Below are positions 1-11,947 of a stretch of DNA of 64,000 bases, piece after piece. The number at the start of each line of letters is the position of its first letter. Position 1 is the stretch's first letter. Both the position numbers and the translations under genes were made by a program. The stretch spans positions 682,001 through 746,000 of the forward strand of contig CM068761.1 of assembly GCA_035084275.1 (NCBI GenBank), in the 5' to 3' direction. Below the pieces are notes generated by a model. The model saw only the letters and a program-made list of their open reading frames with translations, was not told the origin of the DNA and searched no databases. Source of the stretch: Hydrolagus colliei (lineage: Eukaryota).

Positions 1-204
1 TTGTTTGCATTATGTGGCTTCAGTAGGAATTATTCAAGAGCATTTGGCTATAATTAAAGTAAAACCATGTTTGCTTATTTGGTTTCCATTGAGCTGGGTT
101 GCTGGGGGATTCATTAAACCTGTGAAACCATTTATTGACATAATACAGTTCCCTAGTATACGAGCCCTACTATTCTTGTAAATTCCAAATGAAATAAGAT
201 TGCC

Positions 205-259
205 CAGATGTGTAAAACTGCAGCTGTGGGCGGTCCAAGACTTGGTTTGGACACCCCTG
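205..259. mobile_element. Possible tiny hAT-Charlie-type remnant
   Basis: Ends in TTTGGACACCCCTG, the reverse complement of a Charlie-like terminus CAGGGGTGTCCAAA. The left end CAGATGTGTAAAACT is only a weak match. Confidence 0.3.
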
Positions 260-2498
260 GTTTGGAATTGGATTGGTGCTGCTCTGGTTTACGTTTGAGG
301 TGGTTTTGAACATTTGTATCTAAACTGCTTCAATCTTAATCCAGATGCAAAAGCTCAAAGCTCATTTTCTTTGGATTCTAATCAAATATTGCAGTAGGTT
401 TTACAGTGCTTTCATTTACAGTCTTTAAAATCCTCTTTTTGGGGGGCCCTATACTGAACAGAATTTAATTTGAAATCCATCAGGAGTAGTTTACAAGGCT
501 GCGTGCACTCGTTGTAGGAAATTGAAAACCTGTTTACACTGTCAAATACCTTATCAGCTTCTTTGTAAGGAGAGGAAACCAGTGCTGTGTTTCCCTGGAT
601 CCGGTTATGCTATTTTATCAACGATTGATGTCCCGTGAAATTTATAGCCACAGCTTCTTCCTTTTAACGCTGTGAAACAGGAAGTGCATGTTCACTCTGG
701 CACTCATTTCTCCTGGGTACATGCTGGCTGACACCTGTGTAAGCTCTCAAAAGTGGAGAAGGTTTATGTTTGGCTATAAAATGTGTGAAGACATCTGTAC
801 TTCAAACCGAGCAAGAATAATTTGGATTAGAAATAATCGCTCAGTTATTTTGAATCTCAGTGCTTTGGCAACCAAGTTAGTATTGAGAAGGAAGGAAATT
901 GTGTTTGGTTTTCTGCATGAGAAGATAGTGCATCCTACTCACTGTCTGTCAGAGACATGGGAATTTCAATAGTTGCTATCAAATCAAGAAACCAATCTCT
1001 GACAGGCAGGTGGGAGTCCCACAAGTAATCTGAGTCTAGGGGTAAATGTGTACAAACATGTTCAGTGAAGCCTTGGAAACAACTGTGGCAATGGAAAACC
1101 CAGGACCGTACCTTGGAATTGGACTACTGTTTCAGCTTTGTTTTCTGCCTTGTGGCAGAGGTCAGTGATGTTGTGCATGAAGGAAGTTGGCATCTTTGAA
1201 GACATGTTATGGCTGCTGTTCAGAGCTCCTTTGTGGGTGTATAATACACAGTGCTAATCAAAATCATATTCTCTTTTAAGTTTCAATGAGGGCCAGGCCT
1301 GCTTGTGTAGTATGGCAGTTGTTGAGTACTGTTCTTACGTCTCGGCTCTCAGGAGCCAACGCCAGAGAAGTGGGTGTCCTTGTAATCTTGACAGTTTTTC
1401 TGTTTCTCATTGGTAAATTATAGTGGGCACCATGTTTCTCCGAGATGTGTTTATTGAAATTCTGGTAAATGTAATGTCATGCACACTGTGCCAGTAAAGT
1501 GACTGAACATGTACAGCAGTGATTAATCACCGTTGAAAGCTTCACACAAAGGTTGATTCCCAGAAACTCCCAAATGAGGGAATCCCTACCTATGGATAAC
1601 ACTGGTCGAGAGTGAATTTCATTGCCGTGCTGCTCTGAAGATAGTTTGTGTGGAACTGTCTTGGAGAGCGTGGCTCCTTCCTCTCCTCCCGCTTCAGGAC
1701 ACTCGGCACTTAAACTGCAATTATTTAGCTAACCCTGAATATGTTATGTTTAGTCTTTTGCTGCTTGTCAATGCACAGGGTCGGAGAACAGTGAGGTTAG
1801 AATAAGCAGCTCCTTGTATTTTCTTTGTCTTCTTGATCCATTGAACACAACTTGCATGTCAAAGCATTCAGGCATTCTATGGTTCAGCGAAATGCCACAG
1901 TAATGTCAACAGGCAGCATCTGGCCTTGAAGGGGCAGACAGCCTTTTATTTAAAGGACAGGGCTATTCATAAGTATATGATGGTGTTTAAAATGGGGACT
2001 TCAATTTTTTGATTACTGAATAAGCTTTCAGCTAGACTCATTTCTATTCACATAAGGACGGGTATTGGATTTTGCTCATGCAAAGAATATTATTAACCTA
2101 GACCAAATTTCTGGACTGCAGGTTAACCATAATTGTAATGAACTCAAAAGCTTCATCACAATTATGGACAGCTAACTGACTGAATGCTGAAAAGATTGTA
2201 TAGTTGCTTTTGAATGTTCCACTGAGAGCAGATTACCTGTTGTCATTTCCCAGCAAAATAGACAGAAAAGCTGAACCTGTAAGGGGGAAAGGCATTACAA
2301 ATACTGCACAAAAATCCAGCTTGGAATCTTTTCAAGAAAAAATATTATTAAATTGATACCTGTTTCAATTACATCAGATGTTTTCACATCAACCATCTTA
2401 ATTCAATGCCAAATTGTAGTTTGGAAAATTCTCAATTAATATCAGTAAAATGGCTAATTCACGCAAACTAGATTATTGTAATTTTTATATTTAGATAC

Positions 2499-2620
2499 GC
2501 AATTGCCTGCCAAGGTTCGCCCTAAAAATATAGTCATTACACTTTATAGTAGATCCTGTGAAGTGCTTTGTGATAGATCAGCCGTGTGATAACGAGCTAT
2601 ATTAAATGCCAATATTATTG
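2499..2620 (+). mobile_element. Degenerate 3' half of the tRNA/Deu-derived SINE
   Basis: gcaattgcctgcc..ttcgccc..cactttatagt..ctgtgaagtgcttt..ctatattaaatgc matches the 45146-45495 copy. Confidence 0.65.
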
Positions 2621-4170
2621 ATAGCATCAAGCACCCTTCCTGGCAACTTGTCTGGTCGTTAATTACCCTCTGGGTACAAGATGAAGTGCATTGATATCAA
2701 ATTGAATTAATATGTCTTGGGAAATGTACTTTTGCGGAATTTTGAGATGCGCCCTTAGTGTCTCACAGTTTATGTGTTGGCTTGTAATTCTTGTCTCTAC
2801 TGTGTTAAATGTGCATAAAATTTGCAGAATGCGCATAGTTCTAATGAATAGTAATAGTAACATTTTATAATAAGTAAGGCCTGACTCTAAGATTTAAGCA
2901 AACAAAGTGTACTCTGTTTTCATCCCTAGAGATAAAAATGTCATTCTGTGATTAAATGGGATTAAAAAGTAGAAATTGCTTTAAATAGTTACTGATAATT
3001 GCAAAATGTCAGCACATCTATATCTTATATCATCTTGAGTTGTTTCAGCTTGTTTTTTGTTCTAACGTAAACGTCTTTTCGACAAAGTATACTCTTTGAT
3101 CCTGTAGTCATTCATCCAAAGAGCTGGCTATTGCAGCACTATTGCTCCATTTCTACAGCACAGCCTTCCCCTCCCTAAATATATAGAAGATTTGGCTCTG
3201 AATTTTCCCCAAACTAGGAACATTCTGCTGCACATAGTGCTGGATCAGGCCTGGTGGTTTTGAGTGATTACACTATAAATTGAGGTGAAAGACTTTGTCT
3301 TCTGGTATTGCTGATAGGGCAGTTTGAAGGGTGAGGTAGCCACTGATTATTGCTATCCTATTGGAGTAGTTTATCGCCAGCGATTTATCATTGGTCAAAC
3401 ATTACATTATTGTTGTGCTAATGGCTTAATCTCTTGGAAATAAAAACCTGGGCCGACTGACTGATCAGTCCTGATAGCATTTTGAAGGTGATACCTGTGT
3501 GCAGTATTGAGGCTATATTCAGAGATGGAGTAGCCTGTTTTGACTGAGTGGTCTGGTGTGTATCAGCTGAAGGAGACTTAAGGCCCTAAACAAGTGATTA
3601 CGCACTCCCACGTGTGTGTTGCGAATGTTTTTTCTCTCTCTGGAAGACAGCTCCCTTGCGCTATACAACATCTGCCTCCCTCCCCAACTTTCTTGAGCTT
3701 TAACCTGACACAACTTCAGGGCAGTGAACGAAATGAGGAAATTGGACCCAGAAGTGAAGAGGGTAGGAAGTCTGAGCCCAAGTCAACCCTGTTATCAGTG
3801 ACTGACAGCGGAAAATACTGCTTACTCTGGCCTCTACCTTGGCGAAAAGCTTCTTCTATTTTTAAACTGCTGGTAAAATCACAGTGGTTCTGTTTAGAAG
3901 AAAAATCTTGGATGGGTCTTTAACTGACTGGAATTATTCATCATTGTTAATATTCCAATTCTATCTAGCACACTGCAGAAATATAATAAGTAACTAAACA
4001 TGCTGATCTGGGAATGTAGTCAGTGTTCCTGTTTCTCTGTACAGAGTGTACTTTGAAAGTTGGAGAGTTTTGGGTCTGTTGAATCTCCCTTGAAGCATTT
4101 TATTGTTGAAAAGCCAGCCACCTGAACAGCCACTGAATTTGCTGCCAGTCACAAGAGCTTTGTACATATT

Positions 4171-4360
4171 CTCCTCAGCAGGTTGGAAGGGGAGTCAGCA
4201 GGTCGGAAAGATGGGAGGGGGGAAGGCCAAGGATGGCCTCGAAAGCAAGGACAAGGATCTTGAAGTCTATCCTCTGGCGGATGGGAGGCAATGAAGCCGG
4301 GCGAGGGTGGGAGTTATGGGGTCGTGGAGCCTGGTACGGCAGGGAACACAAGTTGCAGAG
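4171..4360 (-). mobile_element. L2 LINE ORF2 C-terminal fragment
   Basis: Minus strand reads, with frameshifts, RTRLHDPITPTLARLH..RQRIDFKILVLAFEAILGL..LSDLLTP. This resembles the L2 region HITP.L..LHWLP...RI.FK. Confidence 0.85.
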
Positions 4361-6121
4361 TATGCAATTGTATTTTCTTTTCGGCTGCTCCTGAAACTAG
4401 AGGTTTATCACTTTTCTGCCAAGAAGCTTATTAGACAAACACCAATCTAGTTTTTAATGCTCCAATTTGTGTGGAGAGAAATCGCACTGCACAGAAACTT
4501 TGCAGTGATATTTCAATTGCTACAGGTTTCCTTCTATCAAGTATACAGACATTCAAGCCTGTAGGTGTACTAGTGATTACGTTTTATTTGACAGTAACAG
4601 ATGTTGGGTTTAAGAGACCACTCCCCCAGCTGTTTGATCTTTGGACAGAAGGAATATCCATTGAGTAGGGAATACAATAAAAATACAAATCAGTAAAATA
4701 GAAACATTTTATTCAGACTTTGAGTTCAATGAAAACTTGTCATAGATCCAATTACAACCAAACCACTTTTCCACCAACTAAAACACCTTTGTTTTACGAT
4801 GCAATACCCCTGGCAGTTGGTGGAAGTTAAGTGTTTTCTTAGGCTGAAGAAAAGTCTGTAGCTTGTAAAATGTTAATTGGTGGTCTCTTGGTGTAATAAA
4901 GCTATCTCTTTAGTGGTTATATTTTCCTGGCAGGTAGAGAAACATTTGTGGAGATTCAAATTGTAATACGAGTAGCTGGCGTTCATGTTAAAGTACATTA
5001 CCTCTTCTCACTTTCCTGGATAAACACGGTAACTAGTGTAGCACGCAGCTGTACAAACTGGAAGGTTGCAGACTCCAAACCTGGTTAGTCTGTGTTTGCT
5101 ATTCTCAGGAGCAGAATTAGAGGTACTACAGTTGTTTCAAGGCCGTTGTTTTGTTGTTGTTGGATTATGGAGCGGAAATTCAGCCAGGGATCCTGCTCTT
5201 GACCATTGTTCAGAGATCACAACCAGAAAGTGCATGTATGTGGCCACTGGGTTGATGATACGGTTCTGATCGTCTGTAACCTCCTTATGTATCCACTGCC
5301 CCAATTAAATAACTTGTCTGCATTTCCTAACCAGGACTTGCATTTAAATAATGAACGAGAGTATTCTAGGAGTGCTGTGACGTAGCTGGTTTCCCAATGG
5401 AATTCTCATTGTTTCAGTGTGATGAGTGTGCGTGATGTTGAACCCACAATAATACATGGTCATAATTGATTTCTCGGTAATCAAGAGAAGATTTTTTTCA
5501 GAGCCAACAAGCCATAATTATATCAGTCATTAATTCTTCACTGCGGACATTATCACCTAATGATACAATTACTAGCTGTCAACAGAGTCAGTCGGAGTTG
5601 AGTGTCGAGGAAGAAAGCTGAAGCAAGGCTGAATAACACAGTGTGCAACTCTCGCAAACTGCTTATCGAAAAGAAGGAATTATTTCTATGCCTGTAATCC
5701 CGTAGTGGTGGTGGGGGTGAGGGCAGAAAACACAACTGTTTTAATGTTGCATTTTCTATTCAACAAACAACAGGCTTTGTCCTTGAAGGTGCTGCTGACT
5801 GATTCCTGCAGTGTGGTACCATATACAGGCTGTCTGCCCCCTCCCCGCCACCCAGTTAATTTTGCTGTGATTCTGAGGAACTGGCTGATCTAGCAGCAGC
5901 TCACCAGATGGTGAATTGATATTGAGGAATGACTGAGGAGGGAAGCTCTGGGGAACACACAAAGCCTTCAAGTGTTTGATTGCATAGTCATCCTTTACTG
6001 TTCTTCATACCATAGAAGCCAGTTATTAAACTGAAGTATCACTATAATTGTATCATTGAACAACTGTTTCCTCCCCTCCGTATCTTTATACGTACTATCT
6101 ATTTTATAGTTGGGTATCTGT

Positions 6122-6370
6122 TCAGGTTGACATCAAAGATCCCACATCATTATTCAAAATAAGTAGGGAGATTCTCCTTGTATCCTGGCCAACAAACCTC
6201 CAAATGGAATTGGTCCACACCTCTTGGCTGTTTGTGGACAAATCGGTCACTGTGTTTGTCGACATAAATGCACAGTCACTACCTTTAACAGTGAAAACCC
6301 GTGAAGCTCTTTGATGCATTTCTATGATCTAATAAGGATCATTGTCAAATTCAAGGATTATTATTATAAT
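6122..6370 (+). mobile_element. Old DeuSINE copy (Deu domain plus L2-type tail)
   Basis: caggttgacatcaaagatcccac...agtagggagattctcc..tcctggccaac resembles the Deu-domain core. Ends caaggattattattat. Confidence 0.7.
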
Positions 6371-6839
6371 ATTGCAGTTGACGTTTGTGAAATATTGCTG
6401 TTGATAAACAAGATAAATGCATACATTATTGTTGCATTTTTGCTGCAGGCTTTCTGCATGGCACATTGTTACAGTGGTTATGGACTTGCTCCAAGACTGC
6501 AGGTGCAATTGTGTGTGGGTGGGTGCGCGAGTGCGCGCACGTGTCATTGTAAATCTGCTTTAAGAAACTGGTATTTCAGCCAGCTGCTTGTCATAATTTC
6601 AAAACCAAATTAAGTACTGTAAATCTGCTTGAAAGGCGGCTGTTAATTTCTGTTTATGGGAATCAGATTTCACATATGAGGCAAACAGAGCTTCGCAGAT
6701 GGCCCCTATTATTTTGTGGTCTTTTATGAACGTCCTTCCCTGCTCAAGTTGATTATTGTAGGGGGTTTTTGACACCTGGTCATTTTTTTTATAACATGTG
6801 ACCAGTAGTCAATAGGACTGCATATTTGTGGTTATTTTA

Positions 6840-6990
6840 CAAGATTTTCTCCTATTTAAACATTCCTCATAATAATCACTCAAAGAACAATAATAAATTG
6901 GTCATTTCAATTAGTCACGACTGTTTTGTGGGACACTGCTGTGCGCAATTGGCTGTCGCTGATTATTATACAGTTAGCTTTCAAAAATAT
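6840..6990 (+). mobile_element. Internal fragment of the tRNA/Deu-derived SINE
   Basis: aataataaattggtcatttcaat..cgactgttttgtgggacactgctgtgcgcaattggctg is shared with 45146-45495. Confidence 0.8.
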
Positions 6991-7974
6991 TTAAATCATT
7001 AGCATCTCCAAGGGTACCTTTTGTACAATGTCTGATCGCTTTTTTAGAATATAAAGCTGAATATACCATGACAGATGTTTGTAAAAACAATGTAGTTGCG
7101 GTTGGAGAACTACAGGCCCTTCAATTAGGGTTACTGTTAGCTTCCCCCTTGAGACTGGTCTTTTAATTTGGGGGTGAATATGATTTTCATTCCGTTCCAA
7201 TTATGTGCCTGGAGGTTATAACCGGTAGTTTAGTCTAGTGCTCCTGATTAGGTGTGCCACAGATTTACTGCAAATAAACTTCACAATAGTCTTTTATCAC
7301 CATCATTATTATAAACCACAACAATTATGTTCATTGTTTGCAGCTCCAAAAATTCTCTGTTACCACAAGCGAAAGGGAAGTTTGTAGATTTGCATAGAAA
7401 TATCACGCCCCAAAGAAACTTTGCCTTGTTCCACTGAAAATCTTATTTGTACACAGGTTGTGAGTTGGTACAGTGCTAGTACTAACTGTACCAGTACTGT
7501 TGGGAACTGTATAATGTGTCAGTTTTTATTATTACAGTATCATCAGTATTTCCTATTTTCTCTCACTCACATGTACAGAATGAAGTCAGCAACATTACCA
7601 CTGTTGTTACTGAACTCCACACTACCTCAATTATTATCATTATTATTACTACACTAACTTAATAATAATTATTACTAATATTGCACTACCTGAGTTATTA
7701 TTACTGTTATTATACTACCTCAATTGCTGCAGACGTGGGCACTTTCCAGCAGGATTTAGTGAATAGCGCTCAGAGTGGGAACCATCACTAATTTTGCCTC
7801 TCTGTCAACAACATCATCTTGTATTGATATAGCTCCATCCACCCTAGGCAATGTCTCAGAGCGCTTGATGTCAATTAGTGCATCCATGTTCTTTGCCAGC
7901 TGAGACCAGCTACCGACTCACAGCCCAAGCAAAGGCAAACGATAATCTATGTCTATGTTAACAAGGTTGTACAG

Positions 7975-8080
7975 TTCCAAACAAGGATAGATCAGATTCT
8001 TGAAGAAAGGGTGTTGAGTAGTATGGATGAAAAATAGGGAGAGGTTGAATGGCCTCCTATTGCTATGACTAGATTCCTCT
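7975..8080 (+). mobile_element. CR1 LINE 3' remnant
   Basis: ggttgaatggcctcct...tagattcct resembles the CR1 3' terminal hairpin and repeat. Confidence 0.45.
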
Positions 8081-11000
8081 CTCATATTCTCCCAGTGTGA
8101 TATTCCTCCCAAGAAAATTCATTACATAGCTATTGAATGGAAAAGTTTGCATTTAAGTTCAGTAAACCACATGAAATCTTAAATCCACATGTTGTTTGTA
8201 CAGTGTGGAAAGTCCAGTAATCAGTTTTTGCAGTTCTGCAGTTGAAGTAATCATCTCGCCTTGACTATGACTTTGATCAAATTTACTTATTGTGTATGTG
8301 TGGTATTTGTTGCACGGTTATTTGCTCCACAGTTGAGTCATGATACAATTGAGTTTAACATTGTAATTGTCCAATCAGAGCATTAAATTACAACAATTTT
8401 GCTGAGAGTAAACCTTTAGTTTTTGTCTCAAAACACACCGCCGGCCACCCACTCTATACCAGTATCACAAAGACGTTTTCTAATTAAAAAGCAGCAAGTG
8501 GCATTTTCATTGAGCAATAATAGTCCAATCATTGTCAACATAATTGAATTCCATGCGTTTAGCAATCATTGTAAACCCAAGACATTTTGACTGTAATTTT
8601 AGATATTCAGCAGCATTTATGATTGAGCCAGAAGTTCAGTAAATTTGAAAGGAACATGTATTGTCCTAGTTACCATATGCATAGATTATGGATTGCCTTC
8701 GGTTTGAGCTCCTTTGGTTCATCCATAAAATGATTGTCATGGGAAATTCACCGAGTTGTACCTGCAATTTCAACAGAGTTGTTGAGTGATTTAATGGACT
8801 AACTGTTTTGATAATTTCCTATCAAATTGTGCTATGACAACCTTGATAGATGAGTTTAACCAGGAACATTACAAACGTTGTGGAAATGTTGATCTGAGAG
8901 AGTTTGAAATGTATGGAAGAAGGTTGATGAATTGCCTCTTTTGCCATGGTGTCTGTGGTTCCTGGATGTTCTGATTTTGTCATATCATGCTAACTTCTGC
9001 CACACATCAATACCTCAATGTCTGGGGAAATCCATTCTGCCTGTGTTCACACTACCATTTATAAACTTGATCGCTATTGATGTTGGAAGTGTTCCATTTT
9101 CAGTTTACAGTATAAACAGAACATTGGATCCACCTGAGTGATCCAGGCTTCTTGTGATCAAAGGCTAAAATTTCCATTCTCTCTCTCACTCGCTGTACGT
9201 GCATGCACACACGCTTTAAAATTCACAGTGTGAAAATGAAAAATAAATTTCAGCAAGATTTTAATGGAGACGGTGTGGTGTTTGATAATTTTTTGAAATT
9301 CTATTTCCTAGTTTTTTTTGCTTTAAATGAAAAGATTTGATGCGTTGCATTTATGCATTGTTTGTTTTAGATTAATCTATTCATCTGATCTAATCCCGTG
9401 CAATGTCAGGTATTCTGAATGTGCTCAGATAAGCAGTCTGATACTGTATGGATTAGTATCACCGCTTTTGTGATTTTTGTGTAGTAATTTCAGCTCTTTA
9501 GTATCCCTAGAGTTTATCTTATTAGAAGCATATTGCTAAAGTATAATTTAAAGCATATATGAAGTAGAGGTAACATGCTACTTGCTTTTAAGTACAGTCT
9601 CCTCACATCTCTGACAAAGCCTATGCACCTATGTTATCACTATGGTAAGTTCAAGATTGAAGTATGAGAGCATCTAGATGGTTTGGGTGCTTTTGAAAGC
9701 TGCCTTGAGCAGATAACTCTCCTGACTTGGGCTTGTTTCTTAAATTTTCCTAATTTGTGTTTATATCTTTTTTCAAGTGAAGCATCTTGTACTAGTTTAT
9801 AGTTCCCATTTACCTTCTAGTGTCACTTTTTTAAAAAGCTTTTATGTGGGACACATGCGTGAGCATTGGTGTATTGAATGCTGAATGCGTTCACTAGACC
9901 ATCGCTCCCTCAGCAGGAAATGCTAGTAAAGTGCCAGATTTGCCTCTGAATTTGGCTACTTTGCCATTAATTTCACTGCTTTCCTTTTGCTCTATGGCTC
10001 AGGGATATGTCACTGTTTGATGCCTTTTTCTTGATGATGCTGTCCATCATTTTACGCAATCCGATTCTGTAAGGGATCTCAGTTTACAGAAAGTACGTCA
10101 AGGTTTCTTCCATTTTCCTTCCTGCCTTTTGACCTCATTCCACCTCAGTTTGCCAAACATCTGTGCAGCTCCCACACAATGTCTCACAATGTTCCACTGT
10201 CTGCTTTTGTGGAGTAGGGTGGCCATTCCTGCTGCTCTGTGCGCTTGATGTGCAGCCGAATTCTGTCCTGCTTCTGCAATTGGTCATGATTCATGTCAGC
10301 ACCTCCTGCCTGCTGATGTCTGACAGGACGCTGCCAGACTCACTAAACCGTGTGATTGACTTGAATATGATTCTTTCGATGGAATTAGTTGGTCCAATGT
10401 AAAGCTTGGAGGGAAGTGGCAGATGCATCACTTGCACACGTTAGTGCTTACTCTATAATTTCTGTTTACTAGCAAACCACCACATCTGCTACAAGAGCAG
10501 TCATCTGTGAATTCATGACGCTTGTTGAAGCACGCAATCTTGCAACATTGAATAATTTACCATTTTAGAGATGAAAACACACATCCTACTTGTTGTTTGC
10601 TCTAATGTTTCTGCAAACAAACCAAAAATATTTAGAAGAACCCTGCTTGACGCCAATTGGAAATGTTGAATGGTTCGAGAGTTGGTTACTAGCACAGACA
10701 GCACACCTCACTGGCTTAAAATATTACACTACGCCAGTGATTTGTTGAGACCTGATTGACTGCCTATGATGTGCCTTCTTAAGAGCCGTGGAAATTCTGC
10801 ACAGTTTCTTATGATGTATTCTGGATTTCTCTTGTCACTGGCATGACATCAATATAAAGTTGAAAATTTGTTGTGTCTAAAATACACTGAGGCTTGACCA
10901 ATATTCGTTGACGGATTTCTTGCTACACTATGAAACTGCATTATAAGAAATCTAATTTTGTGTCATTGTACATAAAATTTTATTCTGAACATGAAATTCA

Positions 11001-11810
11001 TGTCAGCTTTTCAAACCACAATGTACGAGCCAGAATCGATCCCTGGATATAGTTATATGGCACTCGCACAAATGCGTGAGGCATAAATATCTTGTGAGAG
11101 AAGCCAAAGGCCTCCCTTGCTTTGTTTCATGGTTTAGTAATTACTCTGTTACACAGAAGCTACATAGCCTTTCTACCCATTGAGACTGGTACAGAAGCAG
11201 CAGCTGCCTGTGCCTGTCTGTGATGTGGGCTGGAACCAGCTAAGCAGTCTTCGATTATTTAAATAGTGTTGAATTGGAGGGACGTGTTTGGAATGCGAAG
11301 AATTCCACAGCCTTTTGTCTGAGCCCCTCTTTGCTGCTATGTCAAGTCTCTAACCCACTCAGTGATTGTATGTCTGACATTGTCGGTCACAGTTGTTAAT
11401 TTGCCCCCATGGGGCATTTGACAGAACATCGTCTATGAATGGACACTTTGAAAGGAGCGTTTTCATGCTCATGGCTGCTTTTCTCCAGACTCTGTTTGCA
11501 TATGCAGCATTGCCATTGCATAACATAAGCAGTTTAGGAGACTGCCTGATGCTAATTGGCAAAAAAAATTGCTCGACAACCTAAACTTCTCTAAGCTTGT
11601 GGCTAAATTATCATTGGATGATGATGAAATGGATCTTTGCAGATAAAATAATTACTGACAATGCAGCCCCACGGTGTTCTGGGTTATATTGTGATACAAG
11701 TAAAATTATTTACCAATATGTGTGTGGTTTTCATGTTGTAGGGTGGTTTCTGCTACTCAATCATATAGAAATGCATATATTTTTCTTACTAATTAGTAAT
11801 AGTGATGATT

Positions 11811-11947
11811 CTGCTGTGCACAATTGGCTGCCACGTTTCGCCCACAAATATACAGTCAATACACTTTACGTATATTCTGTGAAGTGCTTTGAGACGTCTA
11901 GAAGACGTGAAAAGCGATGTATCAAAATGCAAGGATTATTATTATTT
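11811..11947 (+). mobile_element. SINE 3' half
   Basis: Close match to the 3' part of 45146-45495, with inner hairpin ACGTCT-AGA-AGACGT and a (TTA)n tail. Confidence 0.9.

Noticed and set aside
7600-7720. AT-rich TTA/CTA degenerate repeats
   Set aside because: Ordinary decayed low-complexity sequence.
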